A stretch of DNA of 36,595 nucleotides, taken from IMG/VR virus record IMGVR_UViG_3300045988_098325. One strand, 5' to 3'. The notes under the pieces were generated by a model that saw only the letters and a program-made list of their open reading frames with translations, was not told the DNA's origin and searched no databases. Source of the stretch: a virus. The number at the start of each line of letters is the position of its first letter. Within the stretch, counting starts at the first letter, position 1. Position numbers and translations under genes: made by a program. Below, one piece after another: positions 1 through 8,895 of the stretch.

Positions 1-201
1 GGGTGCGTAAGACCTTACACAGAGTCTTACATGGTCTTACGTTCGGGCACATGCTCTAAACCATTGGAAACATTGGGCTGACAGGCCAAGGCTTACAAAC
101 TTACGTTCCATTATACATATATATGTTTATATATATATATTAGGGATATATATATAGGGGGCGTAAATGTAAGCCTGCCTGTCAGCCAGAAAAGGCAGGA
201 A
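1..201 (+). repeat. Copy A (5'-truncated by the window edge) of the multi-copy ~274-bp intergenic element
   Basis: Base-by-base comparison shows it is identical to 29988..30188 and 36395..36595. It carries GTAAGAC/GTCTTAC heptads (7..13, 24..30, 34..40) and a TA-rich core flanked by GGCTGACAGG/CCTGTCAGCC (76..187). It ends 3 nt before the ATG at 205. Confidence 0.95.
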
Positions 202-204
202 CAT

Positions 205-900
205 ATGAACAGCATCCGAACATCACTGCACTACCTGCACGTACACTCCACCATCCTCGACGCGATCATCACGAAAAGCGTCATACTCAACACCGGCCAA
301 CATGCACATAACAGGCCAGTCACCGCAGCCACACCCATCAACCTGACAGCGGCTGACCTCAGTGACCAGCTCCACGAGCTCGCACTGCTCCTGTGCAGGG
401 CCGTCGGCCAACACCCACCGAAAGGGCTGCCGGTTCGTGACCTCTACGCCATGCTCGACACCGAGCAGACCGTCACCCGGTTGGACACGCGGCCGGATCG
501 TGACCACATCCGACGTGTCCTCCATTCGGCCACCATGCGCATGCAGTCCATTTGCGAACGCCGGCAGGTCATGCGTTACATCGGCGTCTGCACGCAATGC
601 GGGTACGGCATCTGGGCGGACGAGGACGCGGACATCACCGCCGACACGTACACCTGCGACATGTGCCATGCTACAGGCAGCCTAGCCACGGTGGCCGCGG
701 CGCACCGGCTCAGGCTCATGATGAGCGGCATCACAGGCACCGCCGCCGAACTTGCCACACTCCTGCGCTCATGTGGCTACAATGCGCGACGCAACACGAT
801 CACGCAATGGGGCAAGCGGGGGTTCGTCCACATGGTCGGCCATGACGAGGACGGGGCGCCTGTCTACCGGCTGGCTGACATACTCGTCCGGATGACTTGA
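205..900 (+). CDS. Hypothetical DNA-binding protein (CxxC..CxxC zinc ribbon plus C-terminal MerR/excisionase-like HTH). Possibly a late-gene regulator, judged by its position upstream of HNH/terminase.
   Basis: 231-aa ORF starting immediately after the repeat. Motifs are CTQCG...CDMCH and TAAELATLLRSCGYNARRNTITQWGKRGFV...YRLADIL. The function is inferred only. Confidence 0.7.
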   Translation: MNSIRTSLHYLHVHSTILDAIITKSVILNTGQHAHNRPVTAATPINLTAADLSDQLHELALLLCRAVGQHPPKGLPVRDLYAMLDTEQTVTRLDTRPDRDHIRRVLHSATMRMQSICERRQVMRYIGVCTQCGYGIWADEDADITADTYTCDMCHATGSLATVAAAHRLRLMMSGITGTAAELATLLRSCGYNARRNTITQWGKRGFVHMVGHDEDGAPVYRLADILVRMT

Positions 901-960
901 CACAGTCCACTGTCACCGGTAGTATTACTATTATTGCGCAATGCGTATAAGCAAAAGCGC

Positions 961-1002
961 GCGGACACCCCGGGTCGGCCACGAGTCGCGCGGGGTGTTC
1001 GC
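961..1002 (+). other. 12-bp stem / 18-nt loop hairpin downstream of ORF 205..900, with no U-tract
   Basis: GCGGACACCCCG (961..972) pairs with CGGGGTGTTCGC (991..1002) with one G-U pair. It lies in a 385-bp ORF-poor, C/A-rich stretch (901..1285). Confidence 0.4.
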
Positions 1003-1285
1003 ATAAGCCAAACTTGTATTATGCTTACGCATTACCAGCGGTGTCTCCAACGGAAGACACACAATATGGCATGAGAGCACATGGCACTTCCACCTCGAAG
1101 GCCATGGGCTCTCCCAATACACACCACTCCCACTATCAAACAACCCCAGGGGGTGGCACAGTTCACAAGCCCCTCCCCTACAGCAAGCCCATACCCTGAC
1201 AACCACAGCAGGACACGGCCAGACCACAGGCGGAGCAACAGACCACAACATACGCGACAACACCCCTGCCACAATTGGAGCAACC

Positions 1286-1609
1286 ATGAGCACCAACCCC
1301 AGATACCGCAACGGCTGGCGCAGGGAACAATTACGCAAACGGGTGCTCGCCGCATATGATGTGTGCGCGATCTGCGGGCAACCAGTCGACAAAACACTGC
1401 ACACACCACACCCGTTGAGCGCGGAAGTCGACGAGATCATCCCCGTCAGCCGCGGCGGCGACCCATTGGCATGGGACAACGTGCGCTTGACGCACCGGCG
1501 CTGCAACCGGCTCAAAAGCAACCGCAGCGACGACTACGCGCGAGCGCAACTCACACAAACGCCACAGCCGAAAGCGACAAGCCTTCCACTGCACACGAGC
1601 ACATGGTGA
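1286..1609 (+). CDS. HNH endonuclease (terminase-associated type)
   Basis: Motif CAICGQ...EVDEIIPVSRGGDPLAWDNVRLTHRRCNRLKSN, located just upstream of the terminase genes. Confidence 0.85.
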   Translation: MSTNPRYRNGWRREQLRKRVLAAYDVCAICGQPVDKTLHTPHPLSAEVDEIIPVSRGGDPLAWDNVRLTHRRCNRLKSNRSDDYARAQLTQTPQPKATSLPLHTSTW

Positions 1610-1764
1610 ACACGAACAACACGACGACAACCACAGCGCGCCGGACACACACCACGGGGAGCCACCCCCTAGGGGACTTCCCGGCGACCTCGGGCAAAGC
1701 GCCGATATACTCACAGAAATTCGGTAAAAAGTCAGTCTGACGTTTTAAAACGTAAGGAACAGTC
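1610..1764. promoter_or_regulatory. Putative packaging (cos-type) / late regulatory region between HNH and TerS
   Basis: The position is typical of HNH-dependent cos phages. It contains perfect palindromes CCCCTAGGGG (1666..1675) and ACGTTTTAAAACGT (1740..1753), plus GTCAGtCTGAC (1731..1741). Confidence 0.3.
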
Positions 1765-2193
1765 ATGAAGTGCGTGATCTGCGGCAAGGAGTTTTCCGCG
1801 AACACGAACGCTCGCCGCAAACCAAAGTATTGTTCCGCTGCCTGCAAGCAGAAAGCCTATGAGCTGCGCAAACGGATCGGCGCGAAGCCCGAGGTGAAGC
1901 GCGCGAAGAAGAAGGTGACGGTTCAGGTCTCCAAAAACGTCGACGCTGAATTGGACAAGGACACGTTCGAGCGGATGCGGGACGGTGCGCTCGTGGACAC
2001 ATTGCGGTTTAATCGCGACGTGCTGCAGAAAGCGCTCGGCAATCCAGATACGCCGCCCAGCGCGCTGGCGTCGATCAGCAAGCAGCTGATTGATGTGTGC
2101 AGGCAGATAGAGACCCTGGAAACTGACGATGGCGACGTGCTGGCGTCCAGTGAGGAGCTGACTGATGACGCAATCCTCACCGACATCATCTGA
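1765..2193 (+). CDS. terS: Terminase small subunit (putative)
   Basis: 142 aa, with an N-terminal zinc-ribbon-like CVICG...CSAAC and an acidic C-terminus. It overlaps the start of the large terminase gene. Confidence 0.6.
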   Translation: MKCVICGKEFSANTNARRKPKYCSAACKQKAYELRKRIGAKPEVKRAKKKVTVQVSKNVDAELDKDTFERMRDGALVDTLRFNRDVLQKALGNPDTPPSALASISKQLIDVCRQIETLETDDGDVLASSEELTDDAILTDII

Positions 2194-3625
2194 GCAGCCG
2201 CGTCTGAGCCAGCTCGCCAAGCATTTGAAATACCCTGATGGGGTCGTGCGTTCAGATTGGAACGCGGTCAGTCGTCTCGCCGCGAAATGCGGTATCCGGT
2301 TCGACCGGTGGCAGGCCGGTCTCGGCACCCTGTTGTTCGGCAAGACGCAGGACGGACAGTATGCCGCCGGCACCGGTGGTGCGGCGATGAGCCTATGCCG
2401 CCAGGTCGGCAAAACATTCCTCATCGGCAACAGTGTCAACATGCTGTGCGTCCTCAAACCGAACACGACGGTGTTGTGGACCGCGCACAGGACCCGTACA
2501 GCCGGCGAGACGTTCCGCCACATGCAGGCCCTCGCCCAGAACAAGGCGGTCGCACGCTATGTGCGCACCGTCTCGCGTGGTGCCGGCAAAGAGGCCATCG
2601 AATTCACGAACGGCAGCCGCATCATGTTCGGTGCCCGCGAGCAGGGGTTCGGCCGTGGCTTCGACGCGATAGACATGGAAATCTTCGACGAGGCGCAGAT
2701 TCTCACGGAGAAGGCGCTCGAGGACATGGTGCCAGCCGTGAACGCCGCACCCAACGGCCTGATCGTCTACATGGGGACGCCACCACGTCCAACCGACCCG
2801 AGCGAGGTGTTCACGCGCCTGCGCCGTGAGGCGTTGGCCGGCGAGCCTGGCCTCATGTGGTGCGAGTTCGGCGCGGACGACGACATCAAGGATCTGGACG
2901 ATCACGAACAGTGGCGGCGGGCGAACCCGAGCTACCCGCTGCGCACGAGCGAGAACAGCATCCTGCGCCTACGCCGCCAACTGTCCGACGACGCGTTTCG
3001 CCGTGAAGCGTTGGGCGTATGGGACAGGCAGACAGTCAAACGCGCCATCGACACCGCGTTGTGGGCCGAGACCGCGGTGGCAGCGCCGGACATGGACGGT
3101 TTGCGTGGATTCGCCATTGACATGGCCCCAGACCGCAGCACCATCTGCATCGGGGCCGCGGTCAAACACGCGGACGGCAGCATCCACACCGAACTCGCCG
3201 CCTATAAGGACGCCTACCATGAGGGCACACGGTGGGCCGTCGATTGGATCGCCGAACGATGGCCAAAAACCGCAGCTGTTGTCATCGACGGGCAAAGCCC
3301 GGCCATGAGCCTGCTGCCCGACCTCAAGAAGGCCCACGTGCGCCCCATCATCACGGGCGCGAACGACATGGGACGCGCATGCGGCACAATACTCGACCGC
3401 CTCCACGACCATACGCTCACCCACCTGCCGGACGAACAGCAGCCCGCACTCGCCAAAGCGGTGCAGGGCGCAGTCACCCGGCCGATAGGCAAGTCCGGTG
3501 CGGTCGGATGGAACAAGACCGGCAGTGACACCGACATCAGCCCGCTCGTCGCATGCACACTCGCCGCCTACGGGCTGACTGTGACAAAACGCAACACTGA
3601 TAGAAAGCAGAAGGTGATGATCTGA
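2165..3625 (+). CDS. terL: Terminase large subunit
   Basis: 486 aa with a Walker A-like CRQVGKT and Walker B-like DMEIFDEAQ. It sits directly upstream of the portal gene. Confidence 0.9.
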   Translation: MTQSSPTSSEQPRLSQLAKHLKYPDGVVRSDWNAVSRLAAKCGIRFDRWQAGLGTLLFGKTQDGQYAAGTGGAAMSLCRQVGKTFLIGNSVNMLCVLKPNTTVLWTAHRTRTAGETFRHMQALAQNKAVARYVRTVSRGAGKEAIEFTNGSRIMFGAREQGFGRGFDAIDMEIFDEAQILTEKALEDMVPAVNAAPNGLIVYMGTPPRPTDPSEVFTRLRREALAGEPGLMWCEFGADDDIKDLDDHEQWRRANPSYPLRTSENSILRLRRQLSDDAFRREALGVWDRQTVKRAIDTALWAETAVAAPDMDGLRGFAIDMAPDRSTICIGAAVKHADGSIHTELAAYKDAYHEGTRWAVDWIAERWPKTAAVVIDGQSPAMSLLPDLKKAHVRPIITGANDMGRACGTILDRLHDHTLTHLPDEQQPALAKAVQGAVTRPIGKSGAVGWNKTGSDTDISPLVACTLAAYGLTVTKRNTDRKQKVMI

Positions 3626-5079
3626 TGCAGCAGACAACAGCCACTCCAACGCTTTCCGGGGCGGTCAGCATTCCCTCGAACATTCGTGGCATGGACCAGG
3701 ATGATCTGGACATGACACGAGCACTGCTCAACGTGTGGCGTGCCAAGTACCCGCGCAACCTGCTGCGCAGCGCATTCTACGACGCCAAACAACGCTTTCG
3801 GAACCTGCAGATCGCCGTGCAGAGCGACCTCGGGCGCAAAATCGGCAACACGGTCGGCTGGCCGCAGAAAAGCGTGCGCGCGCTCTCCGACAAAAGCGTG
3901 TTCGAGGGCTTTGAACTGCCCAACAACGACGAATACGGCATCAGCAGTATTTGCATGGACAACGAATTGACCGCCGACGTATCCGAGGCGATCATCAGCT
4001 GCTACAAACACTCCTGCTCGTTTTTGACCGTGGACTACGACCCCTACGACCCGAGCGGCGAACGGATCCTCATCACGCCACGCTCGGCTGACTGGTCAGC
4101 AGCTATCTGGGATCCGCAGCGCCGCCGCATCAAAGCCGCGTTGACCATCACCGGAGCCGACCAAAACGGCAGCATCACGAGCTTTAACGTGTGGCTCGAA
4201 GGCCATAATTACGCCGTCACTGGCACCGGTTTCGGCGGTTGGAACGCGCAGAGGCAGGACAATCGGCTCGATCGCGTCGCCGTGGTCCCGTTCGCCTACG
4301 ACAAGCAGATGGACCGCCCCTTCGGCCGTTCGCGTATCAACCGCACGCTGATGAACCTCACCGACATGGCCGTGCGCACGATGGTGCGCATGGAAGTGTC
4401 CGCCGAATTCTATTCCGTGCCGAAACTCTGGTTTTTGGGCCTCGACAAGGACGCGTTCGAATCCGGCACATGGAGCTCGCTCATCGCTGACATCAACGCG
4501 ATCAGCCGTGACGTCGACGGCGAGGTACCCGAACTCAAACAGATCCAGCAGGCATCGATGAGCCCGCACGGGGCGATGCTTGAGACCATCGCCATGCTCG
4601 CCTCGGCCGAGACCGACATCCCGCCCGAATCACTCGGCATACGCGTGTCGAACCCGACATCGGCCGAAGCGCTCGCCGCGAGTGAGAACGCGCTCACCCG
4701 CGTCGCCGACCGGCAGAACAGGATATTCGGCCAACAGCTCATGAACGCGATGCGCATGGCCGTCCAACTGCGCGACAACACTCCGACGGCACCGACGTTG
4801 GCTGGTGTGCGCCCGATATGGGCTCCCACACGGGTCGTGTCCGACGCTGCCCGCGCCGACTACTACGCGAAGGTCGCCAGCGTCAACCAGGCGTGGGCGC
4901 AATCCGACGTCGGGTTGGCGAAACTCGGGTTGAGCATGGACGACATCGCCAGCCTGCGCGCATGGGAGGCAAGCCAACGCGCCAAACAACGACTCGACCA
5001 GCTGCGCGCGCAGACCAATGCGCAAAAAGACCCATCACAGGACGCTACCGACCACGGTGGCGGCACCAACGAACCATAA
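3625..5079 (+). CDS. Portal protein
   Basis: 484 aa, with its ATG overlapping the terL stop. Size and position are canonical. Confidence 0.85.
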   Translation: MQQTTATPTLSGAVSIPSNIRGMDQDDLDMTRALLNVWRAKYPRNLLRSAFYDAKQRFRNLQIAVQSDLGRKIGNTVGWPQKSVRALSDKSVFEGFELPNNDEYGISSICMDNELTADVSEAIISCYKHSCSFLTVDYDPYDPSGERILITPRSADWSAAIWDPQRRRIKAALTITGADQNGSITSFNVWLEGHNYAVTGTGFGGWNAQRQDNRLDRVAVVPFAYDKQMDRPFGRSRINRTLMNLTDMAVRTMVRMEVSAEFYSVPKLWFLGLDKDAFESGTWSSLIADINAISRDVDGEVPELKQIQQASMSPHGAMLETIAMLASAETDIPPESLGIRVSNPTSAEALAASENALTRVADRQNRIFGQQLMNAMRMAVQLRDNTPTAPTLAGVRPIWAPTRVVSDAARADYYAKVASVNQAWAQSDVGLAKLGLSMDDIASLRAWEASQRAKQRLDQLRAQTNAQKDPSQDATDHGGGTNEP

Positions 5080-5095
5080 CAGTTAGGGGGCGGCC

Positions 5096-6496
5096 ATGGC
5101 ATTGAACAACCTGACCGTCCCCACCGATGACGCCGACGAATTCCAGCGGATCCTCGACGCGGCGTACAAAAAATACCAGGACAGCATCGAGAACCTGACC
5201 GACGCGGCCGCCGACGAGATCGAGACCGCCATCAACCGGCACGATATGGCACTCAAGGAGATCGTGCGCGAATACGTGGCCGACGCCAGCCAGCTCGCCA
5301 AGGACTACCACCACATGCTACGCCAGGCGTGGAGCGAATACTCCGACACCGAGTTCCCGCCGTTCGCAGACGATGGGCTGGTGGATTTCGACCGTGTGCT
5401 GTGGCAGACGGTGCACGGCGTCGCGAACACCGATTACCCCGGCCTGAAATACCGTGACGTGAAGAGCGGCAGCAACAAGTTCGGTGTGACGATGGACGAC
5501 CTATGGCCGAGCATGGACAATGTGGACGATGCACAGCAGTTCATCGGCGACATGATCTCCGCCGCGCTGCGCTCACAGACGCAGCGCAGTATCCGGCGTG
5601 ACCCCACGAAGCCCAGTTGGGCGCGCGTGCCACAAGGCAAGTCGTGCGCGTTCTGCACCATGCTCGCTTCCCGAGGCTTCACATACACCAGTGAGGAGGC
5701 AGCCGGCGGCGATGGCAACAAATACCATGACGACTGCCATTGCCGCATCATCCCCAGCTGGGGTAAACAGACGCTCACTGGATACGATCCGGACAAGTAC
5801 TATGCGATGTACAAATCTGCACAGGCAGCATCCGGTGATGACACCACCATGCAGGCCGTATTGCGCGAGATGCGTAGACTGCACCCGAATGGAGTGCGCG
5901 ACGGCGTGTCCCCGAAGCCGGATGTGCGATGGTCTGGTGCTGCACGTCCACCATCAATAAACGAGCTGCATCGCCTTAGCGATTATGGAGCGCGCATGCC
6001 AGACGATAGGTTCACCGAAATCGAGAAAACAACGGCGTTGCGAGACTGGACCGGCACCGCATACGAACGCATCAACAATTACTGTTTTGGTGGGAAACCG
6101 ACTGACGGCGTGGAGTCACTGATTGCCAGAATCGATGAAGCCATCGCAGACCACATCACGCAGGATACGTTCACTGTCTACCGGCAGATGCGACTCGAGA
6201 CGTTCGGCATCGAATCAGACAAGGACATCGGCACGCTCCTGCTCGGGCAGGTCTTCGACCATGCCGGATACATGGCCTGCTCGACCGACCTCGGCGGCAA
6301 GGAAGTGGGAGGCGAAACTGGACGCATCGCCGTGCGTCTGCTCGTCCCGTCAGGCGACCACGCCGTGTACCTCGAACCGATCACGCACGTCAAGAGCGAA
6401 TACGAGGTGCTGCTGCAGCGAAACCGCAGTCTGCAATACGTCGGCGCGGGGAAACTTGAAAACGGCGCTCCGATCCTTTACTGCAGGCTGGTATGA
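5096..6496 (+). CDS. MuF/SPP1 gp7-like minor head protein fused to a C-terminal ADP-ribosyltransferase (R-S-E type) toxin domain
   Basis: The MuF signature is CAFCTMLASRGF...YHDDCHCRIIP. The C-terminal domain has YERINNY, VYRQ (Arg), ACSTD (STS-like) and SEYEVLL (ExE). Confidence 0.8.
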   Translation: MALNNLTVPTDDADEFQRILDAAYKKYQDSIENLTDAAADEIETAINRHDMALKEIVREYVADASQLAKDYHHMLRQAWSEYSDTEFPPFADDGLVDFDRVLWQTVHGVANTDYPGLKYRDVKSGSNKFGVTMDDLWPSMDNVDDAQQFIGDMISAALRSQTQRSIRRDPTKPSWARVPQGKSCAFCTMLASRGFTYTSEEAAGGDGNKYHDDCHCRIIPSWGKQTLTGYDPDKYYAMYKSAQAASGDDTTMQAVLREMRRLHPNGVRDGVSPKPDVRWSGAARPPSINELHRLSDYGARMPDDRFTEIEKTTALRDWTGTAYERINNYCFGGKPTDGVESLIARIDEAIADHITQDTFTVYRQMRLETFGIESDKDIGTLLLGQVFDHAGYMACSTDLGGKEVGGETGRIAVRLLVPSGDHAVYLEPITHVKSEYEVLLQRNRSLQYVGAGKLENGAPILYCRLV

Positions 6497-6744
6497 TTGT
6501 GACTATGACAGTATCCGAAGACCGGCTGAACAGATACACGTTCCAGCCCGGTGAACTCAAACCGGTCACCGACCGCAATCAGCTCAACGCGGCCTATGAG
6601 CGTACCGGCGTGCGCCCAGCAGATGATGAGGAGCAGGCGTGGATCGCCGAACAGTGGCGACTGCGCTATGACACCGACCCCGACCTGTCCACATTCGCGC
6701 TCAGCGACGAATACCGCAGGCTCAAGGCACAAGGCAAGCTTTAA
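6493..6744 (+). CDS. Hypothetical 83-aa protein, a candidate immunity/neutralising partner of the ART domain
   Basis: Its ATG overlaps the stop of 5096..6496 (ATGA), which implies translational coupling. No motif was recognised. Confidence 0.6.
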   Translation: MIVTMTVSEDRLNRYTFQPGELKPVTDRNQLNAAYERTGVRPADDEEQAWIAEQWRLRYDTDPDLSTFALSDEYRRLKAQGKL

Positions 6745-6805
6745 TCTCGACACATACATGGCAAAGGCCGTTTCCGTCCACGCGGAGGCGGCCTTCCGCA
6801 TAACT

Positions 6806-6847
6806 GGGACTGGAAGGCCGATGCCGGTTCGATTCCGGCGCAGTCCA
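6806..6847 (+). other. tRNA 3'-half-like element (T-arm plus acceptor-like stem); not a complete tRNA
   Basis: GCCGG-TTCGATT-CCGGC (6823..6839) matches the canonical T-arm. GGACTG (6807..6812) can pair with CAGTCC (6841..6846). No D arm or anticodon arm could be built. Confidence 0.4.
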
Positions 6848-6855
6848 CGATATGA

Positions 6856-6880
6856 AGCACCCGCACGGGTGCTTTTTATT
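6856..6880 (+). terminator. Rho-independent terminator between head genes
   Basis: AGCACCC-GCAC-GGGTGCT is a 7-bp stem with a tetraloop, followed by TTTTTATT. Confidence 0.75.
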
Positions 6881-6911
6881 GCCCGAAACGGGCCGATACG
6901 AAAGGAACATC

Positions 6912-7370
6912 ATGACCGCGACGAACGATGACATGCAGCAGCAGCTCGACGAGGCCCTCGCCAAAAACGAGGAACTCCAAGCGAAGCTCGATCAGGTCAC
7001 CAAGCATTCGCGCCAATGGGAGGAACGCGCCAAGGCAAACAAGACGGCCGCGGACGAGCTGGAACAGCTCAAAGCGGAGCACGACAAAACCGTCAAGGAA
7101 GCGGACGAGCTGCGCGCATGGAAGCAAAGCACGGATGCAGCTCAGGAACGCACGCGCATCGCCCAACAGGTGAGCGAGAAGACCGGCGTGCCGGCAGACC
7201 TGCTCGTCGGAGACGACGAGGAAAGCATGAGCGCCTACGCGCAAAAGCTCGACCAGTTCGCACACCCCAAGCCGCAGGGCATGCCCAACCAAGGCATGCA
7301 ACCGTCCGGCACAGCTGGAGCCAACCCGATGGGCGACGTGGTCCACCAGATGTTCGACAACCTCAACTAG
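6912..7370 (+). CDS. Scaffolding protein
   Basis: The ATG is preceded by GAAAGGAA. The sequence is coiled-coil-rich (QQQLDEALAKNEELQAKLDQ...) and lies directly upstream of the capsid gene. Confidence 0.7.
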   Translation: MTATNDDMQQQLDEALAKNEELQAKLDQVTKHSRQWEERAKANKTAADELEQLKAEHDKTVKEADELRAWKQSTDAAQERTRIAQQVSEKTGVPADLLVGDDEESMSAYAQKLDQFAHPKPQGMPNQGMQPSGTAGANPMGDVVHQMFDNLN

Positions 7371-7391
7371 CACTATCGAAAGGAACCCATC

Positions 7392-8270
7392 ATGGCGATG
7401 GACACCACCAAAATCAAACTGCCCGCCGAAGTGACGCAGGCGATCATCAACAAGGTCGGCAATACCAGCACGATCGCGGCGCTCAGCCCCAGCACCCCAC
7501 AGTTGTTCCTCAACGAGGACTACATGGTGTTCAACGGTGACGCCGAGGCCGAGGTCGTCGCCGAGGGACAGAAGAAAAATTCCTACGAGCAGACAGCGTC
7601 CTACATCACCGGCAAGAAGTTCAAGGTGCAGTGCACCACGCGCGTCACCGAGGAACTCAAATGGGCCGACGAGGACAACCGCCTCGAGATCATCAGCTCC
7701 ATCCAGGAAGACCAGACCAAGGCCATCGCGCGTGCCATCGACTACGTGATCTACCACGCCATCAACCCAAAGAGCGGCACCAGTCTCAGCGGCTACAACG
7801 CGCTCACCGCGAACGCGGTAACGGTCCAGGACAGCGGGGACGACATCGCGAACGTGGACGCGCTCGCCGACGCTGTCAACGAGTACGAGATCAACGGCGT
7901 GGCGCTGTCGCGCACGTGGGCGTCCCGCCTGCGCAAGCTGCGCGTGCCGGCCACGGGCATGCGCTTCTACCCGGAGATCCCGATTAATCTCGCCGCGGGC
8001 ACACTGGACGGCATTCCTGCGGCCACGTCCACCACGGTCGACGGCAAGAAGGCGACGACGGCGACCAATGTGTTGGGCATCATGGGCGACTACAGCATGA
8101 TCAAGTGGGGCATGATCCGTGACATCTGGGCCGAGGTCATCCAGTACGGCGACCCGGACCAGACCGGTGTGGACCTCAAGGCGCACAACCAGATCGCGTA
8201 CCGTACCGAGGCGATGTTCTCCTACGCGGTGCTCGATCCGGAGGCGTTCGCCGTGCTGAAGGCTGCGTGA
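7392..8270 (+). CDS. Major capsid protein
   Basis: 292 aa, called on position after the scaffold gene and on a typical C-terminal region. Confidence 0.85.
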   Translation: MAMDTTKIKLPAEVTQAIINKVGNTSTIAALSPSTPQLFLNEDYMVFNGDAEAEVVAEGQKKNSYEQTASYITGKKFKVQCTTRVTEELKWADEDNRLEIISSIQEDQTKAIARAIDYVIYHAINPKSGTSLSGYNALTANAVTVQDSGDDIANVDALADAVNEYEINGVALSRTWASRLRKLRVPATGMRFYPEIPINLAAGTLDGIPAATSTTVDGKKATTATNVLGIMGDYSMIKWGMIRDIWAEVIQYGDPDQTGVDLKAHNQIAYRTEAMFSYAVLDPEAFAVLKAA

Positions 8271-8275
8271 TAGCG

Positions 8276-8509
8276 ATGGCAGACACTCATTTCCCGCCGC
8301 AGACGTTCGTCGTCACCACTGGCGGCAAGCAACGCAAGCCCAGTGTCCTCGATCCGCGCATTCGTCTCGTGAAACCTGACGGCACGCCATACGACCACAC
8401 ACATACGCCGGGTGCCGCGGTGTCCGACGCGGAAACGGGGACACTGCTCACGCAGTTCAACGCGCTGCTCGCCTCGCTGCGCGCCGCTGGCGTCATTGCC
8501 GAATCCTAG
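8276..8509 (+). CDS. Hypothetical head-associated protein
   Basis: 77-aa ORF in the head module. Confidence 0.55.
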   Translation: MADTHFPPQTFVVTTGGKQRKPSVLDPRIRLVKPDGTPYDHTHTPGAAVSDAETGTLLTQFNALLASLRAAGVIAES

Positions 8510-8520
8510 GTCGTGTACTG

Positions 8521-8895
8521 ATGGACGCGACCAAACCATTCGCGACGGTGGCGGACCTCGAGGCGCGCTGGCATCCACTGACCGACAACGAACACGCCAA
8601 GGCTGAGGTGCTCATCGTGGATGCGTCCGACATGATCATCGACGCCGCGGCCGACGTGGATTCGGTACGCCCGGAGACATTGACGCGCATCTGCTGCCAG
8701 ATGGTCAAACGCGCCATGATCGCCGAAGCGGCCAACCCGACGGGTGTCACACAGTATTCGCAGACGGCCGGCAGTTTTTCCGAGTCCGGAACGTACGCGA
8801 ACCCCACCGGTGACCTGTACCTGCTGGCCGCGGAGAAACGTGCGCTGCGTGGCTCCCAACGCGCCTGGCACACAACCATGCAGGGAGAAACGTGA
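8521..8895 (+). CDS. Head-tail connector (gp6-like adaptor)
   Basis: 124 aa. The call rests on position and the N-terminal ATVADLEARW...LTD pattern typical of adaptors. Confidence 0.6.
   Translation: MDATKPFATVADLEARWHPLTDNEHAKAEVLIVDASDMIIDAAADVDSVRPETLTRICCQMVKRAMIAEAANPTGVTQYSQTAGSFSESGTYANPTGDLYLLAAEKRALRGSQRAWHTTMQGET

Noticed and set aside
2165-2193. The 29-nt terS/terL overlap as a possible programmed frameshift
   Set aside because: There is no slippery sequence. Ordinary overlapping starts are common in this genome, and an alternative downstream terL start cannot be excluded.
6775-6847. A complete tRNA gene ending at the T-arm/acceptor-like sequence
   Set aside because: No 5' acceptor strand lies at the right distance, no D arm or 5-bp anticodon stem could be formed, and no CCA is present. 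A CATAA string is present, but U33 is missing. Only the T-arm and a 6-bp minihelix are supported.
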